Below, one piece after another: positions 49,401 to 61,938 of a stretch of DNA of 64,000 nucleotides. This DNA comes from Sphagnum compactum (lineage: Eukaryota). Each line of letters begins with the position of its first letter. Within the stretch, counting starts at the first letter, position 1. The stretch covers positions 20,450,213 to 20,514,212 of the forward strand of contig OZ234493.1 in NCBI GenBank assembly GCA_965153455.1. Reading direction: 5' to 3'. Below the pieces are notes generated by a model. It worked only from the letters and a program-made list of their open reading frames with translations, had not been told where the DNA came from and did no database searches. The translations under genes were made by a program, and so were the position numbers.

Positions 49401-52400
49401 TGGCTGGGGTTTTTTTTTCTTTTAAATATTTTTTTTATCAATATAAAATTTTTCATTTTGTAATGTTTCAGTTAAAATGACCAGTCTATAATTTTTGACT
49501 TTAAAAGTCCGTTATTACTCAATTTTTTTAAAATGATAAAAAAATAAAGAGAGGATTCAATATCGAAAGAAAAAAACACATACCACCGGCATGTCGACAT
49601 AGTAGTTGATATTGTCAAAGGAGATTGCCAAAGGTTGGAAAGGTAAAATCATGCCGCGTTTGGGTTCAGCTTGTGCAACTGCATCTGAAGCATCACTAGC
49701 CAAGGAAACAAATCTACTCATATGCTCAACACCCACACTTTGCTGTTCCACTTGCTGCATTTGAACCTCACCACCAAATACCTCCTCAACTGTGGAACTA
49801 TTTCTTCTTGATCCTGCAGCCCCCCCAACAAAAATTTGCAACATTTGTTATAATCAAACCATAATAGAAAATGACAAACCCTAAACCCATCCATGTGTCA
49901 AAACCTTGAATAACAAGAGTTGGGATAATTCATAAAAGCCAAAATAATATTTTTTTGCAACACCGATGATGTGCATGAAATCAAAATTAGATTACCTTCA
50001 ACTTTGGATGACAAGGATCGAGGGAAGGACTTGTGGGATTTTGATAGACTGCGAGAGGAAGTTAATGAAACTTCCTCTCCCTTCAAGTTTGCTTCCTTTA
50101 TAGCCAAGGCGTCCTTTGATATTACAGCTTGTGGCTTCCCGAGTGCTGTTAGGTTTCACGGGTATGTCCAGAAATAAGCACCAGATGAAACAAAATTCCA
50201 TGCAGAATTATGGCAATAAGATGAGGTTTGTTGTTGTTAATCAATCAATTGGACATCAGTATTCACAGCTTGTGATGAAAGGGAACTTCTTGTTGCTATA
50301 CATTCTAGTGCATAGAATTTTTCAAAGGCACGGAATTAGCTATCGTGTTGGGGAATATGATGGATTTGGGTTTAGGGCTTACGGTTGAAGTATGTGAGGA
50401 CTAAAGTGTACAAAGTGTTGAAGAGGAGAATATAGCCCATCAAAGCTCCAATACCAATCCAGTACCAATAATTTTTTGGGAAAATTCCGCTGTTCACCAA
50501 AATCTGCTGCCCGAGTGTTCGAGTACTATTTTCAACTGGCTAATTACCTCCAAAACAAACCCCACCCATTTTGTCATTTAGAAAAAAAATTGTGTTGAAA
50601 AATTGCTGAATTTTTTTTTTGCAAAAGTGGATTTACAAAGGAATTTTTTTTTAAATGTCAATTTCCAAATACTACTAATTGGTGCAGATTTTTTTTTTTG
50701 TAGTGGTTTTTTTTGCATTAGTCTTTGTGGAACCCACCTTCATCCAACGGGGTGCAAGAAACTCATTGACTGTGATGGAAGTTTGTGCATATGCGAGAGG
50801 TGAGCTCCAATATCCCCAAATCCACCAAGGCTTGATTTGTGTGCGGGGCATTATGAAGCCTCCCAACATGAAGATGATGAGAAGTGCAAAGCTTCCACCT
50901 GTATTGGCAACCACCATTGTACGACACAGCCCGGCAATGGCGCGGAACATTGCTGATGACATTTGATGAGTCATAAACAACACAAGATATGCCCCAAAAA
51001 ACCTGCACTCACACACACACATATATATAAACCCAATAATCTATTGTGAGTTGAAATCCTTGTAGACTCTAATAAAGTTATCCACAAAGTCAGCGTATTT
51101 AAGAGCGAGAACGGCCAGTTTCGGCATAATATGGCATCAAATGTGTAACTGGGAATGAAAATTTACAAAACGAAATAACTGGAACCCAAACTGATTTTTC
51201 CACAAATTTCGGTGGTAAACTGACTTTCGTCCCGTTCCTGTTCCTTTTTCCTGAGCGCCTCCACTGCTGCCACATATATTTTCACTGTACAACTACTGTA
51301 ATTACTCTCGAACCTTGTGCACAAAATGCTGAGCTTCAGCATTTCATATTGAGATTTAATCAAATTTCATTTCTTTGTGGATACCATTGAAAGAGAGGAT
51401 AGGGGGTGAAAGAGAGGATGACTTTACCGATAACTTTAAAATATGTAGTTGAAAAGAGTGATGCAAAAATGTAATATTGATCAGCAATATAATTTTCCCA
51501 AGCATAATAAAATAAATATTATTATTTACCTGCTGGCTTCAGGGGCATAACCAATGATGTAGTAACTGATGATGCAGTAAATTCCAGACTCAGTTATGGA
51601 TGCCGGAATGCTTAACACCATCCCTGGAAGAGCATAAGCCCATGCCGGGTAAAACAAGAGATCTCGTTGTTTGTAGAATACAGGCAGCCGGAAAATTGTC
51701 ATTGAAAGCTCTGCATATCCATTGAACATCACCAGTACAACCCCAAAGAAAATAGCACCCAAATACTCTTGCCCATCTGCTTGTGTGTTCTGGTGCATCC
51801 TCGTTCGCAGATAAACCGTGGATGCTATAAACGCCATGATGCCAATCTGCATCATCACAAATTTTCCACAAGCTAAAAATCTGTTTTATTGCATCAAAAC
51901 ATCAAGCTACACAAGGTTCAAAGATTCATAGGTTTCTTAGGGAATGTACCCAAAATGCAAAGTCCAAGATAAAATTCATAGCTGAAAACTAGGAGTATTC
52001 ATCCCCTAGTTTATCACAAAATACTCTTATTATGTACTTTTATGTGCAAGAACCATTCGCAAGATCGACATAGGTTTTTTTCTAAATGGACATAGAATTA
52101 AATTACTCTTTGGTTTGGACTACATTATATAGTGTAGTCGGACTCTTTTGGTTTAGAATCAAACAACACCTGCACTGTTTTGAAGATGTACACAAAGGAG
52201 TTTCGTTTCATCAGAAGCACTTCCTTTGCAAAATTGGACTTGAAAAGCTCCATGTTGCCCACGGAATATCTCTCAAATGACAGAGCTGCCTTGTGGTTGC
52301 GGTTTTTATCATAGGGGACTGCTAACTCATGAGCCATCTCTTGGCCAACATGGAATGCCTGGAACCTCTCAGCAAACTCCTTCACAGAAATGAATCGATA

Positions 52401-55400
52401 GGGTTGTTGCTTGTCGAACCAATATTGTTGTTGATCCTTTTGCGATGTCACCTGTACAAGTAACCCACTCAAGCATATAAATAAATGCCACTTCCCTTGG
52501 GTTTAAGAAGATTTAAGGTTTTCAGCAACTCCCTAAAGAAACCCATCAAAGTGCCTAGTTGTTAGATCCATCATGCTGGCACTAGTCCTTCCAATTCTAT
52601 GGATTAATCAGAACCCCAAAATCTTTCATACTGTGTACATTTGAAACCATGATTGTAACTGCTCCATCAATTGCATTGTATCTACAAGAAATCCGAGCAG
52701 TTTGTAAGCATTAGCAAAAAGACACTAATATCCATCGTTCAGATTGTGATCGAATTTTTTGTGTGAAAATTTGCTGGATCTTAATAACAAGCTTTATCTA
52801 GAAGAAAATAGTGTAAGACAGTTGAGCACAGATTATTTCATGTAGGAATTCTATATGGCCAGCTCTCTCACACCTCTTGCAAGAAATCAGCTATGCCCTT
52901 TCGGTCTGGGCACTTGAAACCACATTGTTCAAAAAACTCGAGAATGTGTTCTCTTGGACCATGGTACACAGTTTGGCCCTCCGACAACAAAACCACATCG
53001 TCGAAAAGCTCAAAGGTCTCGGGTGCTGGTTGCAAAAGCGACATGAAAATGGTGGCTTCCATCACATGGCAAAACTGTCGCAAGCACTCGACAATCTGGA
53101 AAGTGGTGGAGCTGTCAAGACCTGTTGAGATTTCGTCCATGAACAATGCCATTGTTGGTCCCACTATCATCTCACCTGCAACCACAATATTTTCAAAGTT
53201 TTACCCACCCAAGTTCCAACCAACTGCAACTTAGTCTCAAAAATTCACTACAAAATATAATATTTAAATGAAACATACAAAACTCATAATACAAACATAT
53301 AATCCAATCTAAATCCAACTCAAAACAATCGCCTCCCATGAATACTTTACTGAAGCTGGACTCATAACTCAAATAAATAAGGTCTTCTTCTTCTATCATT
53401 TTCATCCATTATTACAGGTCACTGGTCTCAGTTGATTAGACCAATGAATTTACTACTTCTTTACTAAGTCCTGTGCATTGTGACCAATGAATTCATTCAA
53501 AATCCAATGAAATCATTTAATGTACAAGGACACCTTTTGTTAAAATCACTTAATGGTCAAGAACACCTTTTGTTGCAGTGATATCAGGCTGCTGCATTCA
53601 AGGTGAAAACTGGTTTCTTTGGAAAAAAGGTAGAAAGATGGGTGTTCAAAGTAGGGAGGAGCTTTTGTACCAGTGGTGACACGTTTTTTCTGGCCTCCTG
53701 AAATTCCTCGGTGCATATTGTCTCCAACCAATGTATTTGCGCAGATATCAAGTCCAAGAATCTTCACAACAACATGTAAAGAAAATTATGGACTTTTTTG
53801 GCTTGAAAGGAGCTAGCTAGCTTGACAAACTGAAAATGTGTGAAATTTGTAGGCACACACAAGGGCATACTAGTTGTGAGAATGAATAACATTACCGAGC
53901 TTTAACATGATGGCACCACCCATACATGCACTAAGGCCTTTAAACAAAACTCATCCATTCCACAGATTAGATATAAATAACCACATCAAATTACAGGAAA
54001 TTAAAGATTCACTGTGAAATTAATCCAAAATGGAATGAAGTGGCGCACAGGCTACAACAGCACATGGGGATGTTCAGATTATTGTGTTTAAATGCAGGGT
54101 TTTGTATACCATTTGCTGGTCAATTCTATACTTGATGAACATAACCAACCCAAAACCCATGTTCACCCACCTTCATCACATAGTCAGTGACAAGGCTCTG
54201 TTCTTGGCCTTCTACAGCAACTGCCTGCATCCACAACACCACAAAATTAATATATATTGGAGTTATATGGAAAGTCACCCTGTCTTTGGGCCTGCTTTCA
54301 CCCTCTATCCCCTCTTTCAGTGGTATTTGCAAAGTAAGGAAATTTTATTGAATCTCAGTAGGAATTCCTGAAACTCAGCATTTTATGCACAAAGTTCCAG
54401 AGTAATTATAGTAGTTGTATAGGTAGGAGCATTGAAAATATATGGAGCAGCATTGGAGGCGCTCAGGAAAAAGGAATGAGGGGGAGGAAACTCAGTTTAC
54501 CACCAAAAATTGGTGGAAAAACTAGTTTGGGTCCCAGTTATTTCACTTTGTAAAATTTTCATTCCTCCTTCCGTGTTTGATGTCTTATTATGCTGAAACT
54601 GGCTGTTCTTGCCCCCTAATTGTGGGACTTTACCCATAACTATAATATTTACATTGTGAGTATGCATTCAGCTTGATTATCATTCATGTAATAAAAAAGT
54701 GCAATCATGTGCAAAAGTGAGTTTCCCAAGTAGATCATCAAATGTAACCCACCTTCATAAAAACATCCACATCTTTCTCTGGCAAAATTCCAGCTTCCTT
54801 TTCTCGCCTCGCTAGTTCTGTGAGCATCTCTGTTCCATGGACAAGCACATTTTCTCGTAGTTTAACTAATACCTCCTTAAACACATACCATCAGTGATTA
54901 CCTTCTAGTCCTCAAAATTGTTCCTTAACAACTCATTGTTAGGGTCTTATTCTCCCTTTGAATCAACTAATTATCATGCTGAATCTGCCATTGACGTCAG
55001 ATACCCATTCTGTAGATGTAATTTACAGGCCTTACCAATTCTGATGCTGAATTTGGTCATTCAACACAGGTGCCCATTCCGTAGACCTAATTGGCAGGCC
55101 TTGCCAATTCCGTAATGTATGTTTCATATCGTAAAAGACCTAACAGCTGTTGTTATGGCCAGAGAATGGACACAGTTTGGTTAATTCAAGCTCTTGGCTC
55201 ACCCATGGCCTTGCGCCTTGGGCCTTGCTGTGCTAGGTGAGGCGGCGAGCAAGCTAAAAGCCAGAATCAGCCAAACCATACCTGCTCTCTAGTAGTATAT
55301 ATATTCTCATAAACCCAGGATTGTGCAAACTTTGCTTTGCCCAATTCTCAAACAGCAGAATGAAAGGTCGGCCCACTGACCATAACGGGTGCCAATTCCT

Positions 55401-58032
55401 TGGCAACGGGCTGAAAAATCGAGTGTCTCACGCACCGTCATTTCGCCAACATGAAGATCATTCTGGCTAATGTACACCGATGTCTTTTGCGGTATGAACT
55501 CGTCCAGATTGTAGCCATTGTATGATATGGACCCTTTCACCTGTCAACCCAAAACCAGTCCTTAATTTTTGTTTAATTATTTTTTAATGTAATTTAATAA
55601 ATTAATTTGAAAATTAATTTAGGCCCCAAATAATTCCTCATGATATTACATTTTATATTATATTTTAAACAACCCATTAGAAATAGACATAGTTAGAGAA
55701 GGGTTTTTTTCATGATAATTTTGTGGTCAGTATATGTTAGTTTGAAAATTTTATAAATTTTACCATATTAATTGACAAATAAGGGTAAAAAGTAGAGATT
55801 CATCTAGTTTATAATTAGGTCACAAAATAATAAATTATACCTTAGTTGAGCACCACTACCACCACCACATACTCTTCTTCTATGCCATAAATACAAAGCG
55901 TGTTCCTCAAGGATTTTGAATGCCATGAAATGTGTGTTCTTACTTTCAAATCATGGCTCAGCTTTCCAGCCAGTGCTAAGAGCAAAGTTGTTTTGCCAGA
56001 GCTTGGTGGTCCCAGGAGTAGTGTCATCCTGAGAAAAGAAAAGAAAATAGAAGGTGGGCAATTAGTTTGGATGGAGGAGAAAAAGGGCAGAACTGGCAAT
56101 TGCCATAAATCAATAATAATGCTAAAAGCTGGCCCCACAGACACACCTCTGAATAACAATAATAATAATAATAATAATAATATAAATCAGTGCTACAAAC
56201 AGCAAAACGGTGAAATGTGGCGACTAAATTAAATGCCCCAGAAAATGTGTCTAAATATGGCAATTGTTTTTCAAAAACATTTGTGAAAATGTGGCAAATT
56301 GTTTTCCAAATGTAAAAGGAACAAATGACTGAATATTCCCTCCCTTTTTCTTTTTTTGGGTCACCAGGATGGGAAAATTAGCCATGAAAAAGAAAACGCT
56401 GGGCAACGAGGTCACTTACATTTCTATTAAAAAAATATCAATTCAAAATAAGACATTTGTTCAATATTGAAGGTTAAATTTGGTGGAAAATATTTGTTTC
56501 AAAAATAGAAAATAAATAGTAATCCAACAGAAGAATAAGAATAAGAATAAAATATAAGTTAATATTATCAATTTCCAGAATTATCACATCATGTTAAAAT
56601 ATAACGACAAATATTGACATTCTTTTGGTCCCATTCATAATTAGGTAGCAAAGTACCTATTTAGGTGGCAAAGCCATTTATCCCTCCTCCTGTGGTAGGT
56701 AGCAAAGTAATACCACACTGTGCTGGTAGGTAGCAAAAGTAATACCTACCAAGTTGCATACCCAAAGAAAGAGTGACCAGTTCCCTTCCCCTCCCTGAAA
56801 GCCCTGACTATGTGGAGGAAGCACAAGCACAAGAAGAAGAAGAAGAAGAAGAAGAAGAAGACGAGGAAGCTGAGGAGGAGGAGGAAGAGGAGAAGAAATG
56901 ATGCACCTGGCAGGTTTGATGATCCCACTGACATTGTGAAGAATGCTGAGCTTTGTCTTCTTCATTGGAGACAGACCAATTGAGTCAAGAAAACTCTGCA
57001 ATAGTACACAAAAGACAATCTTAACCAACTAACTTCTCAACAACACAACAACAAGAAGAAAGAAAGAAAGAAAGAAAGAACAAGAACAAGAACAAGAGCT
57101 CTCAGGGATGGTGGTGGTGATGGTGGTGATGGTGGTTCTTCTTCTTCTTCTTCTGCTTCAAAGTTTATACAACAACAAGAGCTCGGTGGTACAGAAATCA
57201 TGTCTGAGGTACAGAAAGTCTCCTGCAATGAATCGAGATTCCAGAGAGATCTAAGAGAGTTTTGAGAGTGCAATATTATTCTGATGAAAATTTTGTTCGT
57301 ACCCCAAAAACGTTGAGGACAGCATTGGAGAGAGTGGGTAAAGCTCGACCACCCACAAGACAGTCTGCATCTATGGACAGATTCTGGCACCGAACTTCAA
57401 TGGTTGGCAGCTGAATACCAACTCTGCAGCAACAGCAGCAGCAGCCATGAGCTCTAGCATTAACAAATAAAAGTCTTGTAGAGCTTCATTCATGAATCTT
57501 GTTTGTTTGTTTGTTTGTTTGTAATTCCAAGCTCTAGAGTACTAGACAGCAAGCAAGCAATCCAGACCAAAAAGAAGAAGAAGGCGACGATGATCATCAT
57601 CATCATCATCCTTACACTTTACCTGTCAATTCTGTTGCGGAGTTTCATCAAGAATCTGGCGTTGTCTTCCTCCGCGACTTGAAGCAATCGGTCGATGATC
57701 TGCTGTCTCTCGTGCAAGCCGAAACTGCGCACGTCCACTTCCTCATGTACGATTTTGCTCCCCATTGCCTTCTGCATGATGGTGGTGCGCAGCCGGTCGT
57801 ATGTGGGGAGCTTCTCCAGCGCCGCCCACCTCAGCGCTTCTTCGTCGTCCACGGCGTCGTCCCTCGTCGACTGCGTGGAATTCCTCGTAAACACATTCAT
57901 GTCCGCCGCCCCGCCCCAGTTCCGTGACCCGCTCGCAAAAGAGGTCTTCCTGGCGCTAGGACTACTACTCACGGACCTCCTGATCCCGCCCCATGGATCG
58001 ATGATCCCATCTAAGGGAGCTGCCGATGTCAT
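43455..58032 (-). CDS. ABCG: Full-size ABCG (PDR-type) ABC transporter, 23 coding exons, predicted 1519 aa
   Basis: Exons (minus): 58032-57623, 57423-57303, 56995-56907, 56028-55944, 55540-55381, 54829-54753, 54224-54171, 53761-53671, 53175-52874, 52451-52170, 51846-51530, 51002-50738, 50539-50383, 50145-49996, 49813-49584, 48840-48508, 48281-47991, 47649-47566, 47250-47117, 46669-46442, 46167-45996, 45092-44838, 43727-43455. Total 4560 nt in frame. Motifs: [87 protein letters not shown]. Confidence 0.96.
44175..44252. mobile_element. 78-bp piggyBac-type mini-element (TTAA TSD, CCC..GGG ends) in ABCG intron 22
   Basis: TTAA|CCCCTAAACATCAGGACAG ... CTGTCTGATGTTCAGGGG|TTAA. Confidence 0.7.
45168..45330 (+). 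repeat. Dispersed repeat, related copy at ~61053-61190
   Basis: Both begin CAGGGTTTT..AATTTTGTGA and share CAATCAT.CACAA, GAAAGTAAAAAA and TATTTTGGC.AC.TGCT.GAACCT.TTG. Confidence 0.65.
45490..45665 (+). repeat. Intronic dispersed repeat, copy 1 (partial)
   Basis: TTTTTCCTGAGCG..CCACTGCTGC.ACATAT..CTCTCGAACCTTGTGCA..AAATGCTGAG..GGATACCA, shared with 51245-51390. Confidence 0.85.
51098..51435 (+). repeat. Intronic dispersed repeat, copy 2 (ABCG intron 11)
   Basis: Colinear with the reverse complement of 54261-54620 along its length. Confidence 0.88.
54261..54620 (-). repeat. Intronic dispersed repeat, copy 3 (ABCG intron 6), inverted relative to copies 1 and 2
   Basis: For example GGAGGCGCTCAGGAAAAAGGAA here versus TTCCTTTTTCCTGAGCGCCTCC at 51241. 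Confidence 0.88.
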
Positions 58033-58189
58033 TGCAGCAGCAGCTATCGTCCTCTCGTTGTAGATGTTGTACAAGCTTTCTGTACTCCTCCTCCTCCTCC
58101 TCCTCGTCCCTCAGATGTTCCGCACAAAACCTTGAATGCAAAGTTCTGCAACTCCAGATCAAAACAGGGATTCACAAAATCTGACAATT

Positions 58190-58650
58190 CCCCAAGCTCA
58201 AAATCATCACAGCTTCAGTCTATGATGATTCTCCAACCTCAAAATCATCACAGCTTCTAGATGATGAGTCTCCAAGCTCAAAATGACAGCAGCTGCTGCC
58301 TAGACTTTGATCTCCGAGCTCAAGATTTTCACAGCAGCTGAACTGCTAATTCCTCTTGAGCTCTAAACTTGAAACTAGAACTGCTCCTGCAGCAGCTCAA
58401 GACTGAAAAAGAAATTGCCCAAAAAAATACAATTCTTACAAACTGCAAGCAGAAACACTAGTACTAGCTAACAAACTGCAAAGAGGAGGACTACTACTAC
58501 TAAGCTAACAAACAGCAAGCACAACCACTAGTAGAGTAGCTAACAAATTGCAAACAGAACCAACTAGACTACCTAACAAACTGCAAACAGAACCACTATT
58601 AGATAACTAACTGCAAGCAGAACCACTCTAGTAGCTAACAAACTGCGAGA
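58190..58650. repeat. Two short tandem arrays in the ABCG 5' leader/promoter
   Basis: CCAAGCTCAAAATCATCACAGC-like units (58190-58330) and ~30-37 bp CTAACAAACTGCAA(G/A)CAGAACCACTA units, about 7 copies (58435-58650). Confidence 0.8.
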
Positions 58651-61600
58651 GCACACCTAACACATCATCAACAACAACAACAACAGTAACAGTGATGAGC
58701 AATGAGCTAGTTAAGAATCTCCCTCCAATGACAAGCATCACAGTACTAATGAATGACAACAACTCACTTTTGAGAGGGAGTGAGAATTCAGTTAAGTCCC
58801 CAGCCCAGAACTAATTAGCAAGCATTCAAAATAAAGGATTTCTGACGCGGGTGTTTTGTGGGTGTTTTGTGTGTGTTTTTTTCAATTTTGTTTGTTTGTT
58901 TGTTTGTTTGTTTGTGTTGTTGTGTTGTGCAGGGGATCATCAGAAGTTCAGAAGTGTCAGTCCTAAACACACAGAGGAGAGAGAGAGAGAGGCATTGGGC
59001 AAGCAAGCAAGAGAGTACTTAGTACTAAGTCTAGGTCTATTTTGTCAGTTGTAGTAGTTGCACTTATGCTCTGTACTTAAACAAGCTGCCCAATCATGTG
59101 TTGCCCAGTTTGTGGAGTTTTTGGGGCTTTTATGGGGGGATCTGGTGCCTGCTCTCAGGCTCATTCTTTCCTTCTGTTTTGTTGTGGACCCATTCCATTT
59201 GATGTCATTGTTTTCTCATAGCTGACCTTCTTTTGACTCTTTCATTTGTTGTTGGCCTTGCCTACCAAAGCAAGGATATTGTGTTGAGATTCATTATAGA
59301 GTATAGTAGCTTAAGGGATTTTGGCCCCTAGGTAATAATAATAATAGGTCTATTTTTATATGAGGATTTTTGAAAGACTATATTTTGGCTTGTGTGAAAG
59401 CTTGAGATTAGCTATAGAGTTATAATATCTTGCAGGATTTTGGTTCCTTTTAGAGGATTTTTTGAAGATTATGTTTTTGCATGGTGAAATATTTGGGTTT
59501 CAATAATTCTTCTTTTGCCTTAAGATACTTTTTAATGTAAATGACAAGGCCATTTAATGTGTGACACACCTCTTGTTGATTGTAATTTGTCAACCTCCAT
59601 AGGGACCCACCATTTTTTTTAAAAAAACTTCTCCCCATCTTTTGTTGTGATTAATACCATTGATTATCGTAGTCCATTGGGTTTCAAGTGCCAAATGTTT
59701 TCAGCTTGTAAAACTTGAGGAATTGGTTTGCTTTTTTTTTGTGTTTTTTGCTAGTAAACTTGGCAAGACTTTTAGTGCGAGGAGAACATAACAAAGAAGG
59801 AAGAAATGGAAAAGGTTGGAAAACATTTGTTGTTGTCATAATAGGTAATCTTCATTGGATTTGTGCCAATCTTTTTTGTTTGTACAACTTAAGAAGATTT
59901 TTTTTTTTGTGATAAACTCAGCAAAACTTTAGTGCATGAGAGAATAACATGTAAGGAAGTATCAGCAAGGGGGGAAAACATTTGTTATTGTTGTAATCAG
60001 CAAGGAGGAAAACTATGGACAGACACATAACCAGTCATTTCAGAGAGTTTTTGCAACGATGCCATTGCCTGGTCACACGCAGGTTAGGATCCATAACCTG
60101 TGTGAAGGCATAACCTGCATCTCGGATTGCTGGGAGATGGCATGATTCACTGTTTCTAATAACTCTTGTCAATTACACCCGGTTGTGAGGGACTAAATGA
60201 ATATGCTTGACACTCCAAAATGACTAGTTATAAGGGGCAGCTCTTGCTGGTGACCTAATCCATCAAGTTTGTAAACCCTAAATCGACACCTAAAAATTTG
60301 AGGAATGTAGGAGAGACTACGATGATGGTTGAGTACTTTCCAGGTGTTTGAATTTGGAAGCACACTGAAGTGATATTTTGTCTTGTTGATGGAAGGATAA
60401 AAAGTTTATAGGCCAGCAAGCAACCTAAAGATTTGAGGGGCCGGGCTTAGTTGGACTGTGATGGTTGAGTGCTTTACAAGTGTTTCATTTTGAAAGCACA
60501 CTGAAGTGAATTCTTTTGTTGTGAGTGGCCATGCACAAAATCTTCTTTTTTTTCTTCTTTTGTTTTAGGGGAACATATTTTGGAACAGTTGGGGTAGGTA
60601 TTTTCATGAAAGCATTTTGTGAAGGTTACATTCACTCTGAAGAAGATAAGGGAGGATCTCTTTAATCTCCAAAGATAATTTATTGTTCAAGATGCTATCC
60701 TTACCTTATTGAAAGGGTTTTTATTCAACAACATGTCAATTATGGTGAATGAATTGTGGCAGTATTCCTTCCAAGAGCTTCTAGAACTTCGTTGGGAATA
60801 TAGACAGACAGATGATTATCTGCACTAAGTTACTTTTCTTCGTTTTTTTTTTGTTTGGATTAGATTGATGAACTGAACAATATTATGAAGGATCTTCTAT
60901 CTTACACCCATATGTCTGGGTACCACTGGCACACTCTAGACAACAAATAAAGTACACTACATGATAGCCACAAAGAGTTTGGAAATGGAAATTGGAGTAA
61001 TTTGTGCCAGGTCTTTTTTAGCACAAGCTAATCTTACATGATGGTCAAGAACAGGGTTTTCTTTTCAATTTTGTGATATAGCCAAACTGACAATCATGCA
61101 CAAAAAGATTTAGCCAAATTTGGCTATAGACCCAATATGAAAGTAAAAAATCCTTTCATATTTTGGCTACCTGCTAGAACCTGTTGGTGTATTAGGGTCA
61201 TTTTTTTTCACAATAATCATTTGTATGTGTCAAAATCATATTTTTCACATCACAAAAAATGCGAAAATTTGACCTAAAAGAAAAACAGTGGACAAGAATT
61301 GGGGAAAAAAGGCCTGATCCAATGGCTTTATATGCTGGAAACTCCATCAGTGTACAGTAAGGGAGCTCTAAAAGCTCCATATCACACTGAAGAATATGCT
61401 CAGTTCTTTTGCCAAGCTCACACCAAGTGCCCAATGTTCAAGATCCCTGAGATAGTCAGGATGTAAATTGTCAGATTGCTAGTAGTAGGGGTGGGTTGGA
61501 CATCTTCATATCACAAGCTCAGCATACAACCACCATATTTTATAATATCTTGCTGGCCACCCAAGCTGCATGTAAACACATATCTATCTATCTATCTATA

Positions 61601-61865
61601 TATATATATATAGCCAGGAGACACATCACAATCAAGATGGCTGGACACATTAATGAAACCCAGTGTGAGAGAATTCATCAAATTTAGGAATTGCTTCTCA
61701 TGCACGCATTTTGTTCTTCTCATGGGCAAATGTTGCAAATTGACTGGCACATGAAACACTGGGTCTAGGCTAGTCCTGCACAGTTTTTCTCCCACAAGAG
61801 TCATGGTTTGTCTTGAATCAGCATCATGATAAAGAAATTATGTGTGTAGTGATGCAACACCCTAA

Positions 61866-61938
61866 GGCTGGGGCATTCCTGAAATAGACAGCCTTGGAGG
61901 CAAGAGCTGAGGGTGGGTTATTTCAGGAATGCCCAGCC
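61866..61938. mobile_element. 73-bp Tourist/PIF-like hairpin MITE
   Basis: TAA|GGCTGGGGCATTCCTGAAATA...TATTTCAGGAATGCCCAGCC|TGA, giving an imperfect 3-bp TNA TSD. Confidence 0.55.

Noticed and set aside
58033..58074. ABCG start at 58074 as given by the ORF track
   Set aside because: That codon is TTG. The first in-frame ATG is at 58032.
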